Of a DNA stretch of 60,896 nucleotides, positions 28,315-38,387 are shown in pieces. The notes beneath the pieces are model-generated. The model was not told the DNA's origin and did not search any database. It worked only from the letters and a program-made list of their open reading frames with translations. The DNA lies in the NCBI GenBank assembly GCA_001829455.1, contig MIBH01000009.1, forward strand, positions 2,263-63,158. Reading direction: 5' to 3'. The first letter of the stretch is position 1; each line of letters opens with the position of its first letter. The stretch comes from Spirochaetes bacterium RBG_13_51_14 (GTDB lineage Bacteria; Spirochaetota; UBA4802; UBA5550). The translations under genes were made by a program, and so were the position numbers.

Positions 28315-29673
28315 CTAATACGGGTAAAATATGAAAAACGCAAGGGAAAAGACGAACAGCACCCACATCCCGGCGCTCACCTCCTTCACCTTGCCCGCGA
28401 AGATCTTGATGAGCGGATACGACACGAAGCCGGCGGTCATTCCGATCCCCAGGTTGTAGGTGAAGCACATGAGCGTGATGGTGATGAATGACGGTATGAG
28501 ATCCGACATGTCGTCGAAGTTGATGTTCGTGACCGGCGATATCATCATCATCCCCACGATGATGAGCGCCGGCCCGTAGGCGAAGGGCGGTATCACGGAA
28601 AAAAGCGGCGCGAAGAAGAGCGCCGAAAGCATCATGACGGCCGTGACCACCGATGCGAAGCCGGACTTGGCCCCCTCCTCGATGCCCGCGGCGGACTCGA
28701 TGTAGGCGCCGGTGGTGGTGGTGCCCAGGAGCGCCGCGGCGGTCATCGCCAGGGCGTCGCAGAGCATCGGCTTCTCGATCTCCGGCAGCTCTCCCTTTTC
28801 GTCCAGCAGTTTTGCGCGGTAGGACAGGCCGATCAGCGTTCCCATGGTATCGACGAAATCCATGACGAAGACCGTGAGCACCACCGAGAAGAACCCCCAG
28901 CTCAGGGCGCCGAGGATGTCGAGCTTGAGGAATATGGGCCCGAGGCTCGGCGGCAGGCTCACCACCGCATCGGGGATCCGCACCAGGGGATGGCCGCCGC
29001 TCTGCAGGTCGGGCCAGACGGCCTGCAGGGCGATGGCGATGGCGGTCATGCCGACGATCCCGATGAGCATCGACCCCTTGACGCGGCGTATCATGAGGAA
29101 GGCGATCGCCAGCACCGTGATAATGGCGCATAACGGCCCGGGGTGGCTGAGCGAGCCGATGTTCACCGGCGCGCCCGGCACGCCGATGGTCACGATCCCC
29201 GACTCGTTGAGTCCGATGAAGGTGAGGAACAGACCGATACCAACGGCGAATGATATCTTCAGGTTCATGGGGATAAGGTTCGCCAGCCACGAGCGGATCT
29301 TAAAGAGGGTCAGTGCCGTGAACAACACGCCGCCGATGAAGATGGCCCCCAGGGCGGTCTGCCAGGAGAAGCCCATCACCTTCACCACGGTGAAGGCGAC
29401 AAACGCGTTCTGTCCCATGTAGGGGGCCACCGCGAAGGGCCGCCGGGCATACAGCGCCATGAGCATGGTGCCGAAGAACGCCGAGACAATGGTGGCCACC
29501 ATGCTGGGACCGAATGGAATCCCGGCCGCTTCCAGTATTTTGGGGTTCACGATAATTATATAGGCCATGGTTATAAACGTCGTGAGACCGCCGGTTATTT
29601 CATGCCGAAAATCGGTTTGTAGTTCGTCAAACCTGAAATAACGTTTAATCATAGAAATAATCGCTTTTTTCAT
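28315..29673 (-). CDS. NCS2/AzgA-family purine (adenine/guanine/hypoxanthine) permease
   Basis: MKKAIISMIKRYFRFDELQTDFRHEITGGLTTFITMAYIIIVNP is a typical N-terminus. The ATG at 29673 is preceded by GAGGAGGA. The ORF track's 59-codon N-terminal extension is unlikely to be real. Confidence 0.88.
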   Translation of the reverse strand: MKKAIISMIKRYFRFDELQTDFRHEITGGLTTFITMAYIIIVNPKILEAAGIPFGPSMVATIVSAFFGTMLMALYARRPFAVAPYMGQNAFVAFTVVKVMGFSWQTALGAIFIGGVLFTALTLFKIRSWLANLIPMNLKISFAVGIGLFLTFIGLNESGIVTIGVPGAPVNIGSLSHPGPLCAIITVLAIAFLMIRRVKGSMLIGIVGMTAIAIALQAVWPDLQSGGHPLVRIPDAVVSLPPSLGPIFLKLDILGALSWGFFSVVLTVFVMDFVDTMGTLIGLSYRAKLLDEKGELPEIEKPMLCDALAMTAAALLGTTTTGAYIESAAGIEEGAKSGFASVVTAVMMLSALFFAPLFSVIPPFAYGPALIIVGMMMISPVTNINFDDMSDLIPSFITITLMCFTYNLGIGMTAGFVSYPLIKIFAGKVKEVSAGMWVLFVFSLAFFIFYPY

Positions 29674-29923
29674 GATATAATTCTCCTCCTCATGAGGGGC
29701 ATACACAAAACGGCCGAGTTTCAGCAAACGCAGCAGGGCTTTTCCATTCGATGAATATAGTCCCGGCATCATGCTGTCAATTCCAAAATACGTGCCCCCG
29801 ACTCTGCGGAGCCGGTTTCTCAAGCGCGGTAACCGTGCGATGCGGGTCATGTGAAAAAAAGTAATTGCCGATACGCTTCGCGCTGAGTATCATTAAAGCA
29901 TTGCTTCATGAGAGGAATAACGG

Positions 29924-31186
29924 ATGAGCGGGAAGGCCATAAAAATCGACGACATCATCCATCTCAGCACCGAACTCAACACCGTTCAGGACCTGGACAT
30001 CCTTCTCGATAAAATCCTCACCGAGGCGCGGCGGATACTTAACGCAGACGCGGGCTCAATCCAGATCAGGGAAGGCGATGAGCTGGTATTCGGCAGCCAC
30101 GTGCAGACGGAATCGCTTCAGCGGAAGCTCAAACCGGGTGAAAAGCTCCCCTACACCACGTACCGGATACCGATAAATACCGACTCCATTTCCGGCTACG
30201 CTGCGGTAACCGGCGAAATACTGAACACACCCGACGCCTATAATATTCCGCCAGACGCGCCGTATAAATTCAATCCCGCCTATGACAAGGATTCAGGATA
30301 CCGCACCAAATCAATGCTGACCATCCCCCTGAAGAACAACCGGAATGAAATCCTTGGGGTGATGCAGATTGTCAACTCATGCAACCCCGATCCCGCTGCC
30401 AAGCGGGGGGACTTCGAATCGCCCTTCAGCGGCCGATTCGATTCATCGGATGAAATGATCGCCCTTCATTTCGCCAACATCGCCAGCATGATAGTTCAGC
30501 GGGCGCAGATGACCCGCGCCCTCATACTCCGGATGATCAGCATGGCGGAACTCCGCGATCCGAAAGAAACCGGCCCTCACGTAAACCGGGTCGCCTCCTG
30601 CGCCGTGGAGATATATGTGCGGTGGGCGGTTCGGAGGAACATTCCGAAAGATGAGATAGACCGGAAAAAGGACATGCTGCGCATGGCCGCCATGCTCCAC
30701 GACGTCGGCAAGGTCGCCGTGTCGGATCTCATATTGAAAAAGCCGGGTCGCTTCACGTCCGAAGAATTCGAAATCATGAAGACCCATTCTTTCCAGGGCG
30801 CGCGTCTTTTTAAATACCGGCAGTCGGAATTCGACGAGATGTCCGCGGAGGTCGCGCTCACGCATCATGAGAACTGGGACGGCACCGGCTACCCCGGCCG
30901 CATTGACATTGATACCGGCGAACCGATTGAAAAAGATTCAAGCGGCAGGGCCCTGCCGCTCAGGGGCGAGGAGATACCCATTTTCGGCAGGGTCGTCGCC
31001 CTGGCGGACGTGTTCGACGCGCTGTCGTCGAAGCGCGTGTACAAGGACGCCTGGGATCATGAATCGGTTATCAAAGAAATTAGGAGCATGTCCGGAAAGA
31101 AATTCGATCCCGAGCTGGTGAACATCTTCTTCGACAGCCTGGACGTCATCCGTCGCATCACCGGCCGGTACCCCGACCGGGATTAA
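29924..31186 (+). CDS. GAF-domain HD-GYP phosphodiesterase (c-di-GMP turnover)
   Basis: N-terminal GAF-like segment. HD motif MLHDVGK and HHENWDGTGYP (HD-GYP). Confidence 0.88.
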   Translation: MSGKAIKIDDIIHLSTELNTVQDLDILLDKILTEARRILNADAGSIQIREGDELVFGSHVQTESLQRKLKPGEKLPYTTYRIPINTDSISGYAAVTGEILNTPDAYNIPPDAPYKFNPAYDKDSGYRTKSMLTIPLKNNRNEILGVMQIVNSCNPDPAAKRGDFESPFSGRFDSSDEMIALHFANIASMIVQRAQMTRALILRMISMAELRDPKETGPHVNRVASCAVEIYVRWAVRRNIPKDEIDRKKDMLRMAAMLHDVGKVAVSDLILKKPGRFTSEEFEIMKTHSFQGARLFKYRQSEFDEMSAEVALTHHENWDGTGYPGRIDIDTGEPIEKDSSGRALPLRGEEIPIFGRVVALADVFDALSSKRVYKDAWDHESVIKEIRSMSGKKFDPELVNIFFDSLDVIRRITGRYPDRD

Positions 31187-31820
31187 TATCCTGCCGCAAG
31201 AAATCGTTCTGATCCGTCGGGTAAGCGATCCACTCCGTCCCGCTCCGGTCTTTCATGACCTTCACCCGGTCCATGGCAAGAAGTTCGGCGATAACCGACA
31301 GGACGTTTTCCCGTTTCCAGAGCAGGCGCTCCTCCGCCTCAGATATGAAAGAATCCTTGTTCAGGAGGCGCCACCTGCCGGAGCTGTCCCGCTTTCCGTT
31401 CGCGAGAATCTCCGCCAGTATCTCGGCGTAAAGGCGGTGGATCCGGTCCTGCCTGGCGTATATCATGAGGAGCTCGTCGGTTTCCCTGAGGCGCTCGGAG
31501 AGAAGCTGGATAACGCTCACCGAAAACTCATGGTTTTTTTTGACCGTTTCGTTGAAGGATTCGCGATCCATCTTGATCAGGGTGCAATTTTCCAGCGCGA
31601 TGGCACTGGCCGAGCGGGGCATTTCGTTGATGACCGCCATCTCGCCGATGAATTCACCCTCGCCGAGGATCCGTATCTTCTCATCGAATGATCCCGTCCC
31701 CTTGCTGATCTGTACTTTGCCCTTGTGTATCATGTACATGACATCGGCATTCTCCCCTTCACGGAAGATATAGTCGCCTTTCTTGAACTTGACCCCGTAA
31801 TACTTGACCAGTTTGCTCAT
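31158..31820 (-). CDS. cyclic-nucleotide-binding domain protein
   Basis: FREGENADVMYMIHKGKVQI..GEGEFIGEMAV..PRSASAIA cNMP-binding signature. The ATG at 31820 is preceded by GAGGAGG. The 3' end overlaps the HD-GYP gene by 29 nt, and the two genes converge. Confidence 0.85.
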   Translation of the reverse strand: MSKLVKYYGVKFKKGDYIFREGENADVMYMIHKGKVQISKGTGSFDEKIRILGEGEFIGEMAVINEMPRSASAIALENCTLIKMDRESFNETVKKNHEFSVSVIQLLSERLRETDELLMIYARQDRIHRLYAEILAEILANGKRDSSGRWRLLNKDSFISEAEERLLWKRENVLSVIAELLAMDRVKVMKDRSGTEWIAYPTDQNDFLRQDINPGRGTGR

Positions 31821-32603
31821 AGACGCCTCCTCTGATGATACGGGACCGTGCAGGACGCCGCGGAGCGGGTCACCGCCGGCCGATCCATTACCCGGCGGAA
31901 TGAAATTCAATGCGCATTGACTTGTACCTTATTTTTATTGCTGAAAAAAATCAAGACAAATTCACTCTTTGCCGATGTCATCCTTGCCGAACGCGCACAG
32001 GGGCCGGCTGTTATATTCCGCATCCACGCATCGGTCGTCGCTGACATTTCTGCAACACCGCATTCTCATGCGCAGTTGTCTTCCTCACGGGAAACCGGAA
32101 CCGCACATTAGCGGTCGTGCCGTCCCAATGGACTGCATGTTCATCACCGACACCGTGATTGAAAAGATTTAATCAACCGGCAGAACCGGTATGAATGCTC
32201 CGATCCTGCCGCGATCGATTCTCACCACGACGGCTCGTGATGAATCACGCTTTCACTTTTTATCAGTCACCAGGCAATTGACAGTGGGAACAATCTCATG
32301 ATGAATATGGACCTTCAGCGATACCACAGGTACAGAATATTTCAATTTTCAAGGCGCCGTATACAGGATTACGTCGTATCAATAATTTTTTTATAAATGA
32401 ATGGATGAATTATATTAAAAAAAAACAAAAATAATATTAAATCAATGAAAAAGAATGATTAATTATCTTAATTTATTATAATCGCCTGTGATTGGCTATA
32501 AATGGATTTAGCAAAGATTTTAAAAGTGACGAATATCAGAATGAAAATAAAGAAATATATATGCTATCAAGGATGATGGCGGCTATTTTCAAGGAGGAAA
32601 AAT

Positions 32604-33452
32604 ATGATTATAAACCACAACATTGCAGCAATTTTTGCCCACCGGACTCTTAAATTTCACGACTGGAACATCACCAAGGACATCGAAAAGCTCTCATCGG
32701 GCATGAGGATCAACAAGGCGGGAGACGACGCATCCGGTCTGGCCGTATCGGAAAAGATGCGCTCGCAGATCCAGGGTCTCCGGCGGGCCGAGCTGAACAC
32801 CGAGGACGGCATGTCCATGATTCAGACCGCTGAGGGGTACATCCAGGAAGTGCACGACATTCTCCAGCGGATACGGGTGCTGGCCGTTCAGGCCGCAAAC
32901 GGCGTCTATACCAACGAGGACCGGCAGCTCATCCAGGTCGAGGTCTCGGAGCTGGTTGACGAGATCGACCGGATTTCGTCCCAGGCCGAATTCAACAAGA
33001 TGAAGCTGTTGACCGGCTCATTCGCGCGGCTTCACCCGACCGCATCAATGTGGTTCCACATGGGACCCAATATGCACCAGCGGGAGCGGGTCTTCATCGA
33101 GACGATGACCACGGCGGCCCTGGGCCTCCGGAACCCGACGGTGCTCACCTTCATATCCATCTCGACGCCGGGCAAGTCCAATTCGGTCATCGGGCTGTGC
33201 GATGAAGCGCTCAGGATCATATCCAAACAGCGCGCCGACCTCGGCGCCTACTACAACCGGCTCGAGCATGCGGCGAAAGGACTGATGAACGCCTATGAGA
33301 ACGTGCAGGCGTCGGAATCGAGGATACGCGATACCGACATGGCCGAGCAGATGTCCTCGTACGTGCGCTACCAGATCCTGACCCAGGCGGCCACGTCGAT
33401 GCTCGCGCAGGCGAACGCCAAGTCACAGACGGTATTGGAACTGTTGCGATAA
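32604..33452 (+). CDS. flaB: flagellar filament core protein (spirochaete FlaB-type flagellin)
   Basis: [16 protein letters not shown].., [24 protein letters not shown], and C-terminal conserved ..[21 protein letters not shown] lies upstream. Confidence 0.95.
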   Translation: MIINHNIAAIFAHRTLKFHDWNITKDIEKLSSGMRINKAGDDASGLAVSEKMRSQIQGLRRAELNTEDGMSMIQTAEGYIQEVHDILQRIRVLAVQAANGVYTNEDRQLIQVEVSELVDEIDRISSQAEFNKMKLLTGSFARLHPTASMWFHMGPNMHQRERVFIETMTTAALGLRNPTVLTFISISTPGKSNSVIGLCDEALRIISKQRADLGAYYNRLEHAAKGLMNAYENVQASESRIRDTDMAEQMSSYVRYQILTQAATSMLAQANAKSQTVLELLR

Positions 33453-33520
33453 GAAAACCCCCCGACGCGTCTTTCATGACGCGGCGGAACAATCTGAGCC
33501 ACTATTGCAGTATCATCCGG

Positions 33521-33547
33521 AGCCGGGCTATATGTCCGGCTTTTTTT
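33521..33547 (+). terminator. rho-independent terminator of flaB
   Basis: AGCCGG-gctatatgt-CCGGCT followed by a T7 run. Confidence 0.75.
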
Positions 33548-33677
33548 ATCAGACGAACAACAATGCAGCCTCCGGACAAGCCGCATATAATATTGCCGCG
33601 CTCGTTAAAATATTTAATACTACTTCGGTTCTTGTAATTGATGAATGACTATTAAAAAAGCGGGTCATAGGCTTCGG

Positions 33678-35045
33678 TCATTTCATTCCCAATAAATCAT
33701 GCTTGATCATCCTGAACAGGCCATCAAGGAAAAGCGACTTCGTCTGCATCATGAAAATTTCACGGGAGATGAAAAAAGTCGCAATATAACCAGCGGCGAT
33801 CCGCGCTATCATGGTGGCGGCCGCAGCGCCGATTCCCCCGTACATCCTGATTAATGGTATATTTAAGGCGACATTAAGGACGGCGCCCGTCAGAGTCGCA
33901 TAAAACGTTCCCCTGGTATAATTTTCGATGTTGCACCAGGAGCTCCGCGCCGTCCCCATGGCGACAAACAGCCCGGCCCAAATATGAATGCTGAGGATGA
34001 TTCCCGCGTTGACATACTGGGGACCGAATATGATTTTTATTATTATGCGGTTTAAAAAGAACGTAGGAATGATCGCCGCGTATGAAATCAAAACCATTAT
34101 GGTGAAAAATTCCTGGAGCCTGCCGTAATATACTTCTTTGCTGATTTTCCTAAATTGGATGAGCTTTGGATAGATCGTGGTCGAAACGACAAACGGAACA
34201 AAGTACCACACTTCGGAAATCTTTACCGCAGCCGAATAATCCCCGAGCTCGGTATAGCTGGCCATGGTGCCGAGCATGACCTGCCCGATGCGCAGATACA
34301 AGAGCATCGACACCGTTGACAGCATCAGGGGCCAGCTGTCTCGCATGATCTCGCGCGCTATGGCGAAATTCCACTTCCATTTAAAAATCGAATGACCCGT
34401 ATGTCGGTACATGATCGCAAGACCGATCTGCGCGACAGCCACCTCGACGGTCGCCGCTATCGCAAAAGCGACCAGCGGCGCTTTCATGAAGATCAGGAGA
34501 ATCCGGACCGCGCTGAGCATCAGGAACACGGCGTTGTTTGCGATAACCGCGTATTTGGATTTGATTTGAGACTGGAAATAGAGATCTATCACGTCAAATG
34601 AGGCGAAAAGGTACGTCACGGCCGATATCATAACCAGAAGCTGAGTGAGCGAATCGTCGCTGTTGATGATTTTCACGGCGATGAAGCTGATCAGTACGAC
34701 CAGAAATCCGCCGAATTGCCGTATGAAAAACGATGAACCGAGAATTTCATTTTTCTTTTCAGGATGATTGACAATTTCCCTGATGATTATATTGTTCGTT
34801 CCGAAACTCGCCAGCGCGCCGATCAGCACCGTCAGGCTCATGGCATAGTTTAACAGTCCATACTGGGTCCGTCCCAGATAGCGGGCGATCCATCCGACGA
34901 TAAAAAGATTGATCCCCAGGCGAACCACTCTGTCGAAACCGAGCCAGGTAACGTTCTCAACAAGTGGCCTTATCTCGCCATGTTGTGATATCCTGTTATA
35001 GATGGTTTTAATTATATGAATCAATGCATAAACCCCGCGATTCAT
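33678..35045 (-). CDS. polysaccharide flippase (Wzx / MOP superfamily)
   Basis: 455 aa with about 12-14 TM segments and the layout typical of oligosaccharide flippases. Confidence 0.75.
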   Translation of the reverse strand: MNRGVYALIHIIKTIYNRISQHGEIRPLVENVTWLGFDRVVRLGINLFIVGWIARYLGRTQYGLLNYAMSLTVLIGALASFGTNNIIIREIVNHPEKKNEILGSSFFIRQFGGFLVVLISFIAVKIINSDDSLTQLLVMISAVTYLFASFDVIDLYFQSQIKSKYAVIANNAVFLMLSAVRILLIFMKAPLVAFAIAATVEVAVAQIGLAIMYRHTGHSIFKWKWNFAIAREIMRDSWPLMLSTVSMLLYLRIGQVMLGTMASYTELGDYSAAVKISEVWYFVPFVVSTTIYPKLIQFRKISKEVYYGRLQEFFTIMVLISYAAIIPTFFLNRIIIKIIFGPQYVNAGIILSIHIWAGLFVAMGTARSSWCNIENYTRGTFYATLTGAVLNVALNIPLIRMYGGIGAAAATMIARIAAGYIATFFISREIFMMQTKSLFLDGLFRMIKHDLLGMK

Positions 35046-35324
35046 AATACCACTGTGCTCTTTTCGGCATATGACCGGCGCGAGAACTTCTTGAATATGC
35101 AGAATTGTGCATGCACCATATTATGATTAACGGTGCAGCGCCCAGAGCACAAATTCACGGTGACGAACTTATACTTCATTTGCACTCCAATTGTAAACTA
35201 GATAAAAATCAACTGTTTAATCAAGCCTTGGTCCTCTTCGGCGGATATGCCGTCGGCCGTTATTAATCGATTCATATATATGAAACCGAGCTGCACGCGC
35301 CTCGAGGTCTTTCGGCGTACTGAG

Positions 35325-36404
35325 CTAATTCCTCACCGGCAGCGCCAGCATGCTCAGAGGATCGACGTACACCTCCTGTATCATGAGAGAGACATGCAGA
35401 TGGGCGGCAGTTGAAAGCCCGGTCGAGCCCACCCGGCCGATGAGATCTCCGGCGCGGACCCGATCTCCCTCACTGACATTTAATGAGTCAAGGTGCATGT
35501 AATAGGAAAAAATTCTATTGCCGTGGTCGATGACGATGAACATCCCTTCATAATACATCGGTTCTGCTATGGCTATTTTCCCGTCGGCCATGGAGTAGAC
35601 CGGTTCGCCAGTTTTGCCTCTCAGGTCAATGCCCCGGTGGATATTCAGTTGATCCTTGAATCGGATCTTCTTCCCATTCCGGTTTCTGTACCGCATGACG
35701 AGACGCTTGGCCCAGAAAGGCGACGTGACGTAATGATTGTTCCGAGGATGCGACAGGGCATTGCTCAACAGGTCAGGACCGATTTCGCTGAAAACCCTGC
35801 TTTTTTTCGCCGTGCACCGGTTGATGAATTTCATCTCCTCTTCCGTCGGCCGGTAATCAACATCGGAATACGTGCCCAGGTCAAGTGCGCCCGGATAAAA
35901 CTGGTATTCGGTCTCCGCTATCGCTACGGTGAAATGTTCGGCACGGGCCACGCCGCCGACGGAATAGACGGCCGTCATCTGTCTCATGCCGGCGCCCGTT
36001 TCCGGGTTGAGGCCGATCAAGGCCCGGTATCCCCACGGTCTTTTTGAGAGAAGAACATCTCTTTTATCAAATACGAGGCACCGCACCGTAAGGTCCTTGT
36101 CTTGATCCGGTCTATTTTTGTATATCTCGGCATATACCGCCATGCCCTGCGCAAACACCGCGGCGAACAGATCAATGGTTATATCCCGCCCCGTGAACCG
36201 CCGGTTGTGCACCGGAGGGACCCGATAACCGCGCGGCACTTTTACGTCCGCGAAATGTTGAGACGGCGGAACTGATTCGTCCGGAATTTTTGTCCGTGAC
36301 AGGAGCATCAGGGGATGCGTGGTGAAACCAGCTATGACGATCAGCGCGCTCGTCAGGAAGGCGTAACGGGTGCTGTTTTTTCCGGCCACGAAAAACCTCT
36401 TCAA
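35325..36404 (-). CDS. M23-family metallopeptidase
   Basis: HRGIDLRG ... IDHGNRIFSYYMHL ... GSTGLSTAAHLH motifs. TTG start as in the ORF track, so the start is uncertain. Confidence 0.88.
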   Translation of the reverse strand: MKRFFVAGKNSTRYAFLTSALIVIAGFTTHPLMLLSRTKIPDESVPPSQHFADVKVPRGYRVPPVHNRRFTGRDITIDLFAAVFAQGMAVYAEIYKNRPDQDKDLTVRCLVFDKRDVLLSKRPWGYRALIGLNPETGAGMRQMTAVYSVGGVARAEHFTVAIAETEYQFYPGALDLGTYSDVDYRPTEEEMKFINRCTAKKSRVFSEIGPDLLSNALSHPRNNHYVTSPFWAKRLVMRYRNRNGKKIRFKDQLNIHRGIDLRGKTGEPVYSMADGKIAIAEPMYYEGMFIVIDHGNRIFSYYMHLDSLNVSEGDRVRAGDLIGRVGSTGLSTAAHLHVSLMIQEVYVDPLSMLALPVRN

Positions 36405-36647
36405 GATTACAGATCGGCACGGTGAATATAAAGTATTACCAACAAACTGGCAGATTGAAAAGATTTCAGCATTCGGCCCCGTGCGCGGCGGAGTAGATCC
36501 GGCGGTGCTGTATCCATAGATGTTTATTAAAAATCCGTCGCCGTACTGCGGGCGTTATGAAAAATAGCCCGCATCGAATAATAAGTTGACATCTATAATG
36601 GGATAAATAAAGTTTCCATCCACATGTAAAAATCAAGGAGGCAGTGT

Positions 36648-36818
36648 ATGGCTTATGTTATCAGCGATGAATGCACCAACTGCGGCGCCTGCGAACCGGA
36701 ATGCCCCGTGGAAGCGATAAGCGAAAAAGGAGACAAGAGGGTAATAGACGCCGACGCGTGCACTGACTGTGGCGCCTGTGCGGCCGTATGCCCGGTTGAC
36801 GCGATATCCCCGGCGTAA
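36648..36818 (+). CDS. fdx: 2x[4Fe-4S] ferredoxin (56 aa)
   Basis: Below the ORF-track length cutoff. AAGGAGG lies 7 nt upstream. [56 protein letters not shown] has two CxxCxxCxxxCP motifs. Confidence 0.9.
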   Translation: MAYVISDECTNCGACEPECPVEAISEKGDKRVIDADACTDCGACAAVCPVDAISPA

Positions 36819-36843
36819 GCCGGTACCACTATAAGAAATCAAG

Positions 36844-36876
36844 GCCCGCCTCTGCAATCGCTCAGGCGGGCTTTTT
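36844..36876 (+). terminator. hairpin terminator between the convergent ferredoxin and clpX-like genes
   Basis: GCCCGCCT-12 nt-AGGCGGGC followed by TTTTT. Confidence 0.75.
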
Positions 36877-36905
36877 AATATCCGGCGCCGTATCGGCGGA
36901 GGAAA

Positions 36906-38387
36906 CTATTTATTATAGTTCTCCTTGATGAAATTATTCAGGTATTCATCAGGATTGTCAACAGCCTGCCGCGGTATGGTGAACTGCTCCAGCTTCATGA
37001 GCCGGAGGCCGTGGAAATAATCATGAAACAGTTCGTTGCAGAGCTGTTTGATGCTCCTGAGCTTTTCACCGGCCATTTCCTTAATCTTTTCAACAGCCTC
37101 CTTGTCAAATTCAAGGTAAATCCCGTGCTGCATGAGAAAATCCTTCTGGAAGCTGTGTATGCCGTCCTCGATGAGCATGTGCTTCAGCACCTCGCCCGGT
37201 TTCTCCATCACCTGCTTGTCCAACAGCAGCTTATTGATGTTGGTTGAGGGCAGGCTCTTCTCAAACTTGATCAGAACCTTCTCAAACACGCTCAGGAGGC
37301 CGCGCGCACCGGTCTTTTCGCTGTTTGCTTTTTTCGCCAAAAGCCGGAGCGCCTCGTCCGTGAAGCCGAGCTCGATACCGTAGGCCTTGAAATCCATCTT
37401 CTTTCCCAGAACCACGGTGCTGTGCTTATTCTTTAAAATCTTGTACAGCCCCTCCTCGTCAAGGTCGTTCAGGACGACGTATACGGGCAGCCGGCCCACA
37501 AACTCCGACTCGAAGCCGAATTCGATCAGATCCTCGGTCTTGACCTTCTTCAAGACGTCCTGCCGGTCCTCGCCGGTGATCTTCGTCTTGTCGAAACCGA
37601 TGGACTGCTTGTTGAGACGCTTGTTGATGATATTATCAAGCCCGCTGAAGGCCCCGGAAACAATGAAGAGAATGTTTCTCGTATTGATTTTCTGGCGGGT
37701 GACTTTGCCGGTCCGCTGCGCTTCCATGGCCGCCTCCACCTGTGAGGCAAGATCGTGCGGGGTCTTAAGGTCAACCTCCCCCTCTTCCATGAGCTTCAAT
37801 AAATTCCGCTGCACGCCGGTGCGGGAAACGTCAGGCCCGTACATATGGCCTGACGAGGCTATTTTATCGATCTCATCAAGGTATACGATGCCGAACTCGG
37901 CCTTCTTGATGTCGCCCTCCGCCTCGTGCACCAGCTCCCGCACCAGGTCTTCAACGTCGCCGCCGACATACCCCGTCTCGCTGAATTTGGTCGCGTCCGC
38001 CTTGATGAAAGGAACCCCTATTTTCTTCGCGATGAGTTTCACGATGTAGGTTTTGCCCACGCCCGTCGGCCCGATGAGGAGCATATTGCTCTTAATGGTG
38101 CCCACCGGGCGATCCTTCTGCGGTATCTTTTTCTCGAGATTCATCCGGTTAAAGTGCGTGCACACCTTGGTGGCGATGACCTCGATAGTCTCTTCCTGCC
38201 CCACCACGTACTGATTGAGAAAGCTCTCAAGCTCTTCGGGCTTTATATCAAAATTAAACTCGGTTGACTTCTTTCCTGAAACCCCCGACGTTTCACCGAT
38301 CGTTTCAGCATTGGGCTGTCCCTCCTCGGGTTCAAGGTTCAGGATTTCCTCAATGCTCTTTTCAGGATCAAATGCTGGTTTTGTCAT
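36906..38387 (-). CDS. ClpX-family AAA+ unfoldase paralog lacking the N-terminal zinc-binding domain
   Basis: GPTGVGKTY, pore loop TGYVGGDVE, Walker B IVYLDEIDKIA, IGF-like loop KQSIGFD. No Cys cluster at the N-terminus. I prefer the ATG at 38387 (AGGA 5 nt upstream). The ORF track starts at 38399. Confidence 0.85.
   Translation of the reverse strand: MTKPAFDPEKSIEEILNLEPEEGQPNAETIGETSGVSGKKSTEFNFDIKPEELESFLNQYVVGQEETIEVIATKVCTHFNRMNLEKKIPQKDRPVGTIKSNMLLIGPTGVGKTYIVKLIAKKIGVPFIKADATKFSETGYVGGDVEDLVRELVHEAEGDIKKAEFGIVYLDEIDKIASSGHMYGPDVSRTGVQRNLLKLMEEGEVDLKTPHDLASQVEAAMEAQRTGKVTRQKINTRNILFIVSGAFSGLDNIINKRLNKQSIGFDKTKITGEDRQDVLKKVKTEDLIEFGFESEFVGRLPVYVVLNDLDEEGLYKILKNKHSTVVLGKKMDFKAYGIELGFTDEALRLLAKKANSEKTGARGLLSVFEKVLIKFEKSLPSTNINKLLLDKQVMEKPGEVLKHMLIEDGIHSFQKDFLMQHGIYLEFDKEAVEKIKEMAGEKLRSIKQLCNELFHDYFHGLRLMKLEQFTIPRQAVDNPDEYLNNFIKENYNK

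Noticed and set aside
29674-29923. Possible purine riboswitch upstream of the purine permease gene.
   Set aside because: Reading the minus strand, I could not find the conserved purine-riboswitch core (UGGAUAUGG.. / ..CCGGGCACCGUAAAUGUCCGACUAUG). Only a loose GCCGGGACUAUA resemblance is present. An Infernal scan with RF00167 would settle it.
31990-32060. CGCACAGGGG.. segment upstream of flaB that recalls the start of GEMM-I c-di-GMP riboswitches.
   Set aside because: The diagnostic GGCAAAC and ACGCAAAGC elements and the paired tetraloop-receptor hairpins are absent.
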